64,000 nucleotides of DNA from Eubacteriales bacterium (GCA_045542275.1 JAZQKP010000014.1:524-64523); one strand, 5' to 3'. Positions 9,311-18,009 are shown, numbered from the stretch's first letter. Numbers and translations are program-made. The notes: a model not told the origin generated them from the letters alone.

Positions 9311-10147
9311 ATGAAATTAAATATTGGCTGCCACCTCTCTGTTTCGGGAGGATATGAAAAAATGGGCAAAGCTGCCCTTTCCGTTGGCGCAAACACCTTT
9401 CAGTTTTTCACAAGAAATCCCCGTGGCGGATCATTTAAAATGCCTACCGATGAGGATATTGCAGGTCTTAACAAAATAATGGCAGAAAACAATTTCTGTC
9501 CCATTATTGCCCATGCGCCTTATACAATGAATCCCTGCGGTGCTGACGAGGAGCTTCGTAACTACACCAAGGATACTATGGCACAGGATATTAAGCTGCT
9601 TGAAAAAATAAACAGCGCATATTACAATTTTCATCCGGGCTCTCACGTTTCTCAGGGTGTAGAGGTTGGTATTGAAAAAACTGCCGACACCGTTAATCAC
9701 ATCTCACAGTTTGCCGAAAAAACCTTTATTCTTATCGAAACTATGGCAGGAAAAGGCTCGGAAATCGGCAAAACCTTTGAGGAAATCAGGGAAATAATCG
9801 ACAGATGCGAAAAAAAGTCTATTGTTGGCGTATGCCTTGACACCTGTCATGTACATGACGGTGGCTATGATATCGGCGCTGACCCTGACAAGGTGCTTAC
9901 AGAATTTGACAAGGTTGTCGGCCTTAATTATCTTAAGGCTATCCACTTAAATGACAGTAAAAATCCTTTAAGCGCACACAAGGACCGTCACGAAAAGATT
10001 GGCGACGGATTCCTTGGAATTGAAGCAATTACAAGAATTATTACTCATCCTGTTATCGCTTCTCTTCCTATCTGCCTTGAAACTCCTAACGAGCTTGAGG
10101 GCTATGCACGTGAGATTGCATTACTTAAAGAAATATTTTACAAGTAA
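9311..10147 (+). CDS. nfo: deoxyribonuclease IV (endonuclease IV)
   Basis: AP endonuclease family 2 TIM-barrel motifs (IAHAPYTMN, HPGSH, CLDTCH, HLNDSK). Confidence 0.88.
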   Translation: MKLNIGCHLSVSGGYEKMGKAALSVGANTFQFFTRNPRGGSFKMPTDEDIAGLNKIMAENNFCPIIAHAPYTMNPCGADEELRNYTKDTMAQDIKLLEKINSAYYNFHPGSHVSQGVEVGIEKTADTVNHISQFAEKTFILIETMAGKGSEIGKTFEEIREIIDRCEKKSIVGVCLDTCHVHDGGYDIGADPDKVLTEFDKVVGLNYLKAIHLNDSKNPLSAHKDRHEKIGDGFLGIEAITRIITHPVIASLPICLETPNELEGYAREIALLKEIFYK

Positions 10148-10158
10148 AAAGAGTGCCT

Positions 10159-10364
10159 TGTGGCGCCTGCCGTAGAGCAGGTGCCACAGTTATATTCGCC
10201 TGCAGCGAGTTATATTGCTTCGCAGTTATATTCGTCTTACGACGAGTGATATTCGCTATGCGAGTTTTATGGCGAATAAAATATCACTAAAGCCTTTAGG
10301 CTTTAATATCACTATTGCGGTAGCAATAATATCACTCCGACGAAGTCGGAATATAACTCTTGCG
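10159..10364 (+). repeat. structured word-plus-hairpin palindromic array (element A)
   Basis: Leading hairpin at 10159-10188. GTTATATT at 10189, 10209 and 10225; GTGATATT at 10246. Reverse-complement words AATATCAC at 10280, 10305 and 10328; AATATAAC at 10350. Each word is separated by a distinct 3-6 bp-stem mini-hairpin. Confidence 0.8.
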
Positions 10365-10497
10365 TTCTCTATCGTTTTATGGTTTATAAGAAAGGTGCGA
10401 AAACAATCTGCTTCTAAAACAACGGAACAAAAATTATTATATTTAATGAAAGACCATTTGGGATGCCAACCGATAATAAATGAAAAAACATAATAAT

Positions 10498-10532
10498 AAA
10501 AGCCGACAGATTCTTAAAATCCGTCGGCTTTT
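10498..10532. terminator. bidirectional intrinsic terminator (nfo/element A side and metG side)
   Basis: AAAAGCCGAC...GTCGGCTTTT hairpin with an A-run and a T-run on the two flanks. Confidence 0.75.
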
Positions 10533-10569
10533 ATCACCCTTATGAGAACCAACCTTTCGGCACTCTTTT

Positions 10570-12156
10570 TTATTTTTCTATTCTTGAAAATAAAATTCCA
10601 AAATCTTTGGGCAAGCTTTCCGCCTTGTAGTTTTGCGCTCTCCAATCCTTAGATAGTCCAAGCCAGCGAATAACCTTTTCAGATGAAAACGGAAGAAATG
10701 GCTGCAATAAAATTGCTAAATTGCCAATCAGATATGTGCAATTATAAATTGTATCCTTACATTTTTCTATATCGTTGCTTCTTGTTTTCCAAGGCTCACA
10801 AGAATCATAATACTTATTTCCATAGCGAACAAGGTCAAAAATACTTTCTAGAGCATCCTTAAAATTGCCCTTTTCTATTTTCTTGCCAATATTATCGTAA
10901 TAATAATCAACCTTTTCTTTAATTTCATCATTTGGTGTAATGCTTTCAAAACTGTTGTTTAAATACTTTATAGCAAAAGCAAGGGTGCGGTTTACCAAAT
11001 TACCCCAAGCGCCAACCAATTCTGAATTATTTTGCTCTATAAATTCTCTGTTTGAGAAATCAGTATCGCGTTTTTCGGGACCGTTTACTATAAAGAAATA
11101 TCTTATTGCATCGGGGTTATATTCATTCGCGAGGTCTTTTGCTAAGATTGACCAGTTTTCACTTTTAGAAATTTTTCTACCCTCCAATGTTAAATGCTCG
11201 CTTGAAATAATTTCATCAGGAAGCCTTAAACCTTCGCCATGAGCGAGTAACAATGCAGGCAAAATAATAGTGTGGAATGGGATATTGTCCTTACCGTGAA
11301 CGTAATAGTGTCTTGCATTTTCGCCATATACCTCTGTGAAAGGTATATTTCTCTCCTCACAAAGTCTTGCAGTTGCAGAAAGATAACCAAGCACATTTTC
11401 CGCCCAAATGTAAATTTTCTTACTTTCGTAATTATCCTTTGGCACATCAATTCCCCAATCCAAATCACGGGTAATAGCCCTGTCGCGAAGTCCTTCGTTT
11501 ATATATTTTCTTGTAAATGATATAGCATTTTTTCTCCAATTATAATGGCTTTCCAACAATTCGTTAAGTTCATTTTCAAGCTTGGATATCAGAAGAAAAA
11601 TCTGTTTTGTTTCTCCAAATAAAAGCTCTGTTTCACATTCAGAGCATTTCGCTTCCAAAACGGACTCAGCATCAAGAACCGCACCGCAATATCCACATTG
11701 ATCAGCTTGTGTTTTCTTACCACAATATGGGCAAATTCCAACTACAAGTCTATCTGTCAAAACCTTTTGACAGGTTGGACAAAACGCCTGTTTTACCGTT
11801 CTTTCCTCAATATAATTACCTTCATACAGCTTTCTATGAAAATCCCTTACAAATTCTTTGTGGTAATTATCAGTTGTTTTGCTATACAAATCATAAGAAA
11901 ATCCCAACTTTTTAAATACCTCACAAAATTCGTTGTGGTATTTGTCGGAAATTTCAAGAGGAGACACGCACTCCTGCTTTGCTCTAATGGTTATAGGTGT
12001 TCCGTGGCAATCGCTACCAGAAACGTAAAATACATTTTCTCCCTTTGCTCTGTAATAACGGGCTACAATATCTCCGGGAAGAAGCGCCGATAAATGCCCA
12101 ATATGGAGCGATCCGTTTGCATACGGCCACGCTCCGCCGATTACAATATTTGTCAT
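10570..12156 (-). CDS. metG: methionyl-tRNA synthetase
   Basis: Class I HIGH motif (SLHIGHL), KMSKS variant (KISKS), and CxxC zinc knuckles in the CP domain. Preceded by a T-box leader. Confidence 0.93.
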   Translation of the reverse strand: MTNIVIGGAWPYANGSLHIGHLSALLPGDIVARYYRAKGENVFYVSGSDCHGTPITIRAKQECVSPLEISDKYHNEFCEVFKKLGFSYDLYSKTTDNYHKEFVRDFHRKLYEGNYIEERTVKQAFCPTCQKVLTDRLVVGICPYCGKKTQADQCGYCGAVLDAESVLEAKCSECETELLFGETKQIFLLISKLENELNELLESHYNWRKNAISFTRKYINEGLRDRAITRDLDWGIDVPKDNYESKKIYIWAENVLGYLSATARLCEERNIPFTEVYGENARHYYVHGKDNIPFHTIILPALLLAHGEGLRLPDEIISSEHLTLEGRKISKSENWSILAKDLANEYNPDAIRYFFIVNGPEKRDTDFSNREFIEQNNSELVGAWGNLVNRTLAFAIKYLNNSFESITPNDEIKEKVDYYYDNIGKKIEKGNFKDALESIFDLVRYGNKYYDSCEPWKTRSNDIEKCKDTIYNCTYLIGNLAILLQPFLPFSSEKVIRWLGLSKDWRAQNYKAESLPKDFGILFSRIEK

Positions 12157-12204
12157 AATAAAAACCTCATTTCTAATTTAGTTTAGTAACACTTTTTCTT
12201 GTTA

Positions 12205-12508
12205 AGAAATAAAAAAACACTCTCACCCCCTGACTAATCAAAAGGGACGAGAGCATAACTCACGTGTTACCACCCTATTTCACCTACCCCTCGCGGCAGT
12301 AGGCCTTATCAAGTTCGGATAGGAAATGATCTATCGAAACTTTATCGCTATCACGGGCGAACCCGATGCAGCCTAATCATTTTGACTCGGTGCATAGCTC
12401 AGAGACCATGTTCGGCAAGGTTGTCTTTATCCATTCTCAGCGCATCTATAAGATGATGGATTTCTCTGTAAAAGCCTAATTTGCTTACTCTTTCTCGTCA
12501 TTGCTGTT
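12205..12508 (-). promoter_or_regulatory. T-box leader (riboswitch) controlling metG
   Basis: On the minus strand: AAATAGGGTGGTAACACGTG T-box core (about 12262-12281), AGAGA and GCUGAGA stem I elements, and a terminator hairpin plus U-run at 12211-12256. Candidate AUG specifier at 12407-12409 (GAAC-AUG-G). Confidence 0.85.
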
Positions 12509-12514
12509 GCAATT

Positions 12515-12543
12515 ATATTATCACATTTGTTTTAATTTGTCAA
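12515..12543 (-). promoter_or_regulatory. sigma-A promoter of the metG T-box leader
   Basis: On the minus strand: TTGACA, 17-nt spacer, TAATAT. Confidence 0.6.
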
Positions 12544-12570
12544 TAAGAAATAAAAAATTACTTTAAAAGT

Positions 12571-12597
12571 AAAAACGCAGCAATAAAGCTGCGTTTT
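12571..12597 (-). terminator. intrinsic terminator after cls
   Basis: AAAAACGCAGC-loop-GCTGCGTTTTT, directly after the cls stop codon. Confidence 0.75.
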
Positions 12598-12598
12598 T

Positions 12599-14161
12599 CT
12601 AAAGTAGTGGTGCGAAGATGCGTACAAGAGAACGGACAAGACGGGCGAAAATATTAGTTTTCAGGTCTTCCTTTTTTATTTCCTCACTCTTTTCAAGAGT
12701 TTCGGAGATATCCCTGTAAATATCCTCTATACAATCTGCATTATAGAGCCACACACCGTTTTCAAAATGGTGAACAAGGCTTCTGTAATCCAGATTAATT
12801 GTGCTTACCATTGCGTATTTACCGTCGGACACTACAGTTTTTGCGTGGATAAAGCCGGTGGTATACTCATATATCTTAACACCTGCATTTATAAGGCGAG
12901 AATAAAAGCTGCGTGTCATACTGAAAACAAGCTTTTTGTCAGGTATGTGAGGTGTGATAATACGCACGTCAACACCCTTTATTGCTGTATTTTCAATAGC
13001 TGTGCAAAGCTCATTGTCGATTATGAGATATGGTGTTGTAATATACACATATTCTGTGGCAGATGCAAGGATATTCTGAATTGCGCTTTTACCTACACGT
13101 CTGTCATACAAGGGCCTTGGACCGTCACCGAAGGGGATAACATAACCATTTGCTTCAACCTTATGTGCCGGATAAATATCCTTATGGGGAGATTTCAGCT
13201 CCTTGAAATTAATACCGAAATCGGTTAAAAACAGCTCGGTAAGTCCACATACAGCCTCACCCTCAAGACGTATTCCGACATCCTTCCAATGACCGAATTT
13301 TACTATTTCATTTATATATTCGTCCGCAATATTTACTCCACCTGTATAGCCGATATAGCCGTCAATAACCATTATTTTTCTGTGGCTGCGATTATTGAAC
13401 TCGCTATCTGCCTGTCCCTTTAGACGTGAAAACGGCGTTGCCAGAATTCCACAGTCTGCAAGGATTTTTGCGTAGTTACCCGGTAAGGTATTCATACACC
13501 CTACATCGTCGTAAAGTACACGTACGTCTATGCCCTTTTGAGCCTTTTTCTTAAGAATTTCAAGAATAGAATCCCAGAATTTACCCTCTTCAATTATGAA
13601 ATACTCAAGATAGATAAACCTTTCTGCCTTTTCAAGGTCCGAAAGCATGCTTTCGTGCATCATTTCACCTGAAGGAAAATATCTTTGAGAGGTGCTTTTA
13701 TAAAGGTGTGAGCCTGAAATATCGCAAAGCATTTTTGCTTGATTAAACGACACAGGGTCGGATTTTTTAAGCTCTGCCATTATTTCTGTATCATCTCTTT
13801 CCTGCTTATACTCCTTAAGGTCATTTAGGCGCTTGATATACTTTTTTTGTAGCTTTCTTGAATAGAAGATAAGATACAGCATAAAGCCTGCTATGGGCAG
13901 AATCAATACAAATAAAAGCCATGGAATTTTATAGTCCGGATTATCGTTAGATGCTATAATTTTAATTACGCATACAATTTCTGTTACCCAACACAAAAGA
14001 TAAAAGTAAGGGACAAAATAACAGAGTGCTACCACTACACCGATTATAGATATTATTTCAAAAACCGTTATAAGCATAGCAAAAATATATCGTACGGGAA
14101 TATAGCTGACCTCTCGCTCTATTTCCTTATTACCCGCCTTATATTTATATGTTCTTTTCAT
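12599..14161 (-). CDS. cls: cardiolipin synthase
   Basis: Two N-terminal TMs and two PLD HKD motifs (HRKIMVIDG; HAKTVVSDG). Start set at ATG 14161, preceded by GGAG. Confidence 0.9.
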   Translation of the reverse strand: MKRTYKYKAGNKEIEREVSYIPVRYIFAMLITVFEIISIIGVVVALCYFVPYFYLLCWVTEIVCVIKIIASNDNPDYKIPWLLFVLILPIAGFMLYLIFYSRKLQKKYIKRLNDLKEYKQERDDTEIMAELKKSDPVSFNQAKMLCDISGSHLYKSTSQRYFPSGEMMHESMLSDLEKAERFIYLEYFIIEEGKFWDSILEILKKKAQKGIDVRVLYDDVGCMNTLPGNYAKILADCGILATPFSRLKGQADSEFNNRSHRKIMVIDGYIGYTGGVNIADEYINEIVKFGHWKDVGIRLEGEAVCGLTELFLTDFGINFKELKSPHKDIYPAHKVEANGYVIPFGDGPRPLYDRRVGKSAIQNILASATEYVYITTPYLIIDNELCTAIENTAIKGVDVRIITPHIPDKKLVFSMTRSFYSRLINAGVKIYEYTTGFIHAKTVVSDGKYAMVSTINLDYRSLVHHFENGVWLYNADCIEDIYRDISETLEKSEEIKKEDLKTNIFARLVRSLVRIFAPLL

Positions 14162-14210
14162 AATTGCTCCTTTAAAGGGAAATAGAGGCACACCTGTGCC
14201 TCTTTTTTAA

Positions 14211-14474
14211 TTATTCCTTGTTAGCCTTTGTGGACTTAGCAAATTCGATGCGCTCGTTAGCTGCTGCTGTTCTTTCCTTAGCTGCTGCAATCTGCTCATC
14301 TCTTTCCTTCTGCATAAGCTGCTGTCTGCCTGAGGGAGACATCTTAGCCTCTTCCCATGTTGCCTTAGCCTCTGCCTTTGCAGCCTGGAAGTTTGCCTTA
14401 TCAACCTCGTGCTGTGCCTTTGTGCTTGCCTTCATATCACCGAATGCCTTTTTGAAAAAGCTCTTGATTCCCAT
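14211..14474 (-). CDS. small K/A/E-rich hypothetical protein with an amphipathic N-terminus
   Basis: 87-aa ORF with RBS AAGGAGAA. N-terminal GIKSFFKKAFGDMK followed by predicted helical low-complexity sequence. No family recognised. Confidence 0.55.
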   Translation of the reverse strand: MGIKSFFKKAFGDMKASTKAQHEVDKANFQAAKAEAKATWEEAKMSPSGRQQLMQKERDEQIAAAKERTAAANERIEFAKSTKANKE

Positions 14475-14505
14475 TGTCTTGTTCTCCTTTTGTTATTGTT
14501 ATATT

Positions 14506-14847
14506 TTAATTGTTAAGAACGCTGTCTGAAAGCTCAAGTACCTTTTCGGAATACTTCTTTTTTCTCTTTGCAAGAAGCTTATCATGCATAGGCTTTGCAG
14601 CTGATACCATTGCGATGCCTGCGCAACCGATTGCAACTCCTGCACCTACCATTGTGCCGATTACTCCCATGGCAAGGCACATACCTGTACCTAATACAAG
14701 TGAGCCTGCTGCACCGAATGCGTACGAAAATGCCTTCACAGGACGCTTAATCTGCTTATCAAGTGTTTTTAACTTGTCAAGCTCTGTTTCTTCCTTTTCT
14801 ACATACTGCTGACGAATCTTTTCAGCTGTCTTCATTTCATTTGTCAT
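14506..14847 (-). CDS. small 2-TM membrane protein (paralog of 15021-15410)
   Basis: N-terminal charged helix, Gly/Ala-rich TM hairpin, and a C-terminal KRKKKYSEKVLELSDSVL tail shared with the paralog. GGAGG RBS. Confidence 0.7.
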   Translation of the reverse strand: MTNEMKTAEKIRQQYVEKEETELDKLKTLDKQIKRPVKAFSYAFGAAGSLVLGTGMCLAMGVIGTMVGAGVAIGCAGIAMVSAAKPMHDKLLAKRKKKYSEKVLELSDSVLNN

Positions 14848-14890
14848 TATGTTTTCCTCCGTATTTGTTCTTGTTTCTGTTTACGTTCCT

Positions 14891-14919
14891 ATTATACGGC
14901 AGCCATGTTTGTATTTTAA
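14891..14919 (-). promoter_or_regulatory. candidate activator-dependent promoter of 14506-14847
   Basis: On the minus strand: TATAAT at 14891-14896 and a weak -35 TTAAAA with a 17-nt spacer. Confidence 0.45.
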
Positions 14920-14923
14920 TAAA

Positions 14924-14967
14924 ATACCGTAAATGAATTGAAAAAGAAATGTAAAAGAAATGTAAAA
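14924..14967 (-). promoter_or_regulatory. four phased 11-bp direct repeats (candidate OmpR-family response-regulator binding array)
   Basis: On the minus strand: TTTTACATTTC / TTTTACATTTC / TTTTTCAATTC / ATTTACGGTAT. The array ends 4 nt upstream of the -35. Confidence 0.55.
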
Positions 14968-14980
14968 GCCGACTTTTTTA

Positions 14981-15013
14981 GAAAAAATAAAAAAGAGGGT
15001 GAATTTCACCCTC
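14981..15013 (-). terminator. intrinsic terminator after 15021-15410
   Basis: On the minus strand: GAGGGTG-aaatt-CACCCTC followed by TTTTTTATTTTTT. Confidence 0.75.
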
Positions 15014-15020
15014 CATTATT

Positions 15021-15410
15021 TTATTCATTTTCTTCCTTAAGAAGCTCATCGGAAAGACGGAGTATCTCCTCTCCGTATTTTTCTTTATTGCGCTTCATTG
15101 TAAGAAGGTATACAGGATACGCACTACCCATTGGAACTGCGCCTGCTATAGAAACTATGATACCGAACACCATAATGTCCCACACAAGTATCATTGCCAT
15201 ACCAAGGCCGAAAATAAGGGCGCCCATAACTCCTATAACCAAGGAAAGAATCATTGAAAAGTTCTGCACAAAGCTATCAAGCCTTCTGATTCTTTCAAGC
15301 TTTATTTCCTTTTCGGACTTACCCCCGTATTGCTTTCTTATGCTTTCTATCTCTCTGCGCTCTGCCTCTGTCGGCGCAACATAAGTATATTCAAATCCTT
15401 TATTATCCAT
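15021..15410 (-). CDS. small 2-TM membrane protein (paralog of 14506-14847)
   Basis: Same architecture as the paralog: IRKQY helix, TM hairpin, and C-terminal KRNKEKYGEEILRLSDELL. GGAGAA RBS. 8-nt overlap with the upstream gene. Confidence 0.7.
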   Translation of the reverse strand: MDNKGFEYTYVAPTEAERREIESIRKQYGGKSEKEIKLERIRRLDSFVQNFSMILSLVIGVMGALIFGLGMAMILVWDIMVFGIIVSIAGAVPMGSAYPVYLLTMKRNKEKYGEEILRLSDELLKEENE

Positions 15411-16302
15411 TATTATTCTCCGATTTAATTTTATTAATTGTTTTTACACCCTTTACTATCATATAGATAGCAACGCTGTATGCGCATATACTTACTGCGC
15501 TTCCTGTAAGAGTATTTGCCAAGGATATATCCATTGCTCCGTCCGAAAAGGTATACAGCATAGCTGTCTGCAATGCCAGAATTGACACTGCACCGTCTAT
15601 CAGGTTTATATTTCTTGCCGATTCGATTACAAGGTCATTTTGCTTTTGCGCCTTGACAAAATTGTATATTGACATACCTATTTTAATAAAAGCATATAAT
15701 GCGGAAACATATATCATATAATCTCCGTATTCAAAGCCTCTTTCATCAAAAATCATTTGAGCAATTGACACGGATAAGGCAATATTAAGAAGCAGCATTC
15801 CTATTCCACTAACAAGATATGTCTTTACACGTCTTAAGCTGTCACCCTCGCCCCTGCTTTTTCTGTGATTAACCAAAACAGCTGAACGAATAAGGGTAAG
15901 CAGCAAATAATATGCAGCCAAGGATCCGAACCAGACAGAACCGTTTACTATGCCGATTATACCGTTATATATGCCGTAGGCTACGCTTACGGTCAATGAA
16001 ACGGCTAAGCCTATAATTGTTCGGTAGCCAAAGCTTTCAAGCAGCTCTGCCGTAACAGAATTGCTTCTTAGCATTTTAATAATTTTTGATTTTATTTTTG
16101 GAGCAAAAATTACAATTGTATATATGCTATATCCAAAGGCCACAGCCGTCAAGCCATACAAAACGTAGGTTATGATTTCCATAGCTCCGTCAAACGATTT
16201 AAGCATCAAAACCATAGACGCCACTACAAGCAAGGCTGTTACAGGATATATAATTGCAATAATTATTTTATTTGGTTGCTTTAATAAGTTAAATATCTTC
16301 AT
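15403..16302 (-). CDS. polytopic membrane protein (about 8 TM), unknown family
   Basis: 299-aa hydrophobic ORF that overlaps the kinase stop by 14 nt, suggesting translational coupling. No motif recognised. Confidence 0.65.
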   Translation of the reverse strand: MKIFNLLKQPNKIIIAIIYPVTALLVVASMVLMLKSFDGAMEIITYVLYGLTAVAFGYSIYTIVIFAPKIKSKIIKMLRSNSVTAELLESFGYRTIIGLAVSLTVSVAYGIYNGIIGIVNGSVWFGSLAAYYLLLTLIRSAVLVNHRKSRGEGDSLRRVKTYLVSGIGMLLLNIALSVSIAQMIFDERGFEYGDYMIYVSALYAFIKIGMSIYNFVKAQKQNDLVIESARNINLIDGAVSILALQTAMLYTFSDGAMDISLANTLTGSAVSICAYSVAIYMIVKGVKTINKIKSENNNG

Positions 16303-17341
16303 TTACATATTTTAATGTTATGGTAAAGGTGCTTCCCTTACCGATTTCACTCTTAACGGAGATTTCACCGCCAAGAATATCTATTACTTTTTTTACAAGG
16401 GGTAAGCCAAGTCCGTTGCCCTCTCCCGAATGTGATGTATCTCCCTGGTAGAACTTATCAAAGATATGCTCACCGGTTTCCTTTGAAATACCACAGCCTG
16501 TATCGGACACAGACACCACTACTCTGTCAAGATACTCCTTAAGAGTAACAGTTACGCTTCCTCCCGGCTCTGTAAACTTAATGGCGTTGGAAATAAGGTT
16601 ATTCCACACTATTTCAAGGTAGCTTGGTGAGGAATATATGATTACATCGTCAAGATCGCAATCAAGATTAAGACCCTTTTTGTCAATTAAATCCTCAAAA
16701 TTCAGTACGGTTTCCGCAAGCATTTCCGTAAGGTTTATTTTTTCATACTCTGTGCTTATTTCCTGATTCTCCAGCTTATTAAGCTTGAGAATATTTGTAA
16801 TAAGGTCGGTTAAGCGACGTGATGCCTGATTTAAAATGGAAACATATTTCTGTCTTGTTTCACTATCAAGGGATTCGTCCTTTAAAAGTGTACTGTAATT
16901 CTGGATTATAGCAAGAGGTGTCTTAAGCTCGTGAGAAACGTTTGATATGAAATCTGTTTTCAACACTGCACTTTTCTCAAGCTCGGTTGCCATCTTATTA
17001 AGGTCCTCCATAATGGCATCGTAGCCATTATACTGAGAATACTTATGGTCAGGGGTAATTCTTACAGAAAAATCCCCTGTGGTTATTTTTTCTGTTGCAT
17101 CAAGTATCTTTTTAACAGGCTTATCTACCATTATTTTACGTCTTATATAGTCTGCTATAGTGCATACAGTTGACAAAATCAAAATAAGAATAAGCACAAG
17201 CACAGCTATAAGTCCCTTGTTTGACGTTCTGTCCTCTATATAGTCAAAAACCAAAATGGCTATCTGCATTATAATTGCAATAAGAGCAAAAAATGCTATA
17301 GCTCCCGACAACGAAAAGGTGCTGCGATTTCTTTTTTTCAC
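16289..17341 (-). CDS. sensor histidine kinase, intramembrane-sensing type
   Basis: Two TMs joined by an approximately 11-aa loop (DYIEDRTSNKG), H-box SHELKTPL, and HATPase N/G boxes (NLISNAIKFT; DTGCGI; GNGLGL). Confidence 0.88.
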   Translation of the reverse strand: MKKRNRSTFSLSGAIAFFALIAIIMQIAILVFDYIEDRTSNKGLIAVLVLILILILSTVCTIADYIRRKIMVDKPVKKILDATEKITTGDFSVRITPDHKYSQYNGYDAIMEDLNKMATELEKSAVLKTDFISNVSHELKTPLAIIQNYSTLLKDESLDSETRQKYVSILNQASRRLTDLITNILKLNKLENQEISTEYEKINLTEMLAETVLNFEDLIDKKGLNLDCDLDDVIIYSSPSYLEIVWNNLISNAIKFTEPGGSVTVTLKEYLDRVVVSVSDTGCGISKETGEHIFDKFYQGDTSHSGEGNGLGLPLVKKVIDILGGEISVKSEIGKGSTFTITLKYVNEDI

Positions 17342-18009
17342 TTCAACACCGCCTTATAGCCAAGACCGTGAACCGTAAGTATTTCAAAGCCGTCACAGCC
17401 CGATGTCTTTTCTCTTATCTTTGCCATATACACGTCTACTGTTCTTGATGTAGCTGAGGAATCGTAATCCCAGAATTCCTCCATAAGAGCAGAACGGGTA
17501 AATGTCTTTTTAGGATAAGAAAGAAGCTTAAAAAGGATATCAAACTCACGTACAGTAAGAGGAATCTCCTCACCGTCAGCTGAGGCTGTATGCTCCTCTG
17601 TGTTCATTGTAAAATTGCCTATCTTAATCTGCTTCTCTGTTTCAATCTTTGCTCTGCGCAAAATTGCATTTATCTTAAGAAGAAGCACATCCATATCAAA
17701 GGGTTTGGTTACGTAATCGTCAATACCGATGGAATAGCTGAACATCGTAGAGGGCTTATCGTCCTTTGCAGTCATAAAGATAATAGGAATATCCTTATCA
17801 AAGCTACGGATGTTTTTTGTAAGCTCATAGCCGTCCATTTTAGGCATCATAATATCTGTAAGCACTAAATCGTACTTTACCCTCTCGGTCATATCAAGGG
17901 CTTGTTCTCCGTCAAAGCAAGAGGTTATTTCATATCCGTTATTTTTTAAAGATGAGGAAACAAAGCGATTAAGATCCTTATCATCCTCTACTATAAGTAT
18001 TTTAATCAT
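17338..18009 (-). CDS. OmpR-family response regulator
   Basis: Receiver (ILIVEDD; LVLTDIMMPKMDG; TKPF) plus a winged-helix domain (LTVREFDILFKLL; GLGYK). GGAGGTG RBS. Confidence 0.9.
   Translation of the reverse strand: MIKILIVEDDKDLNRFVSSSLKNNGYEITSCFDGEQALDMTERVKYDLVLTDIMMPKMDGYELTKNIRSFDKDIPIIFMTAKDDKPSTMFSYSIGIDDYVTKPFDMDVLLLKINAILRRAKIETEKQIKIGNFTMNTEEHTASADGEEIPLTVREFDILFKLLSYPKKTFTRSALMEEFWDYDSSATSRTVDVYMAKIREKTSGCDGFEILTVHGLGYKAVLK

Noticed and set aside
10189-10357. CRISPR array interpretation of elements A and B
   Set aside because: The repeats are only 8 nt and the intervening segments 8-17 nt. Those segments are themselves hairpins, and the second half of the array is the reverse complement of the first. 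No cas genes are in the window.
10215-10493. 92-aa ORF on the plus strand in the nfo-metG gap
   Set aside because: It has no RBS. Its translation is a read-through of the word/hairpin repeats (element A) and then AT-rich spacer. It is better explained as a non-coding structured repeat.
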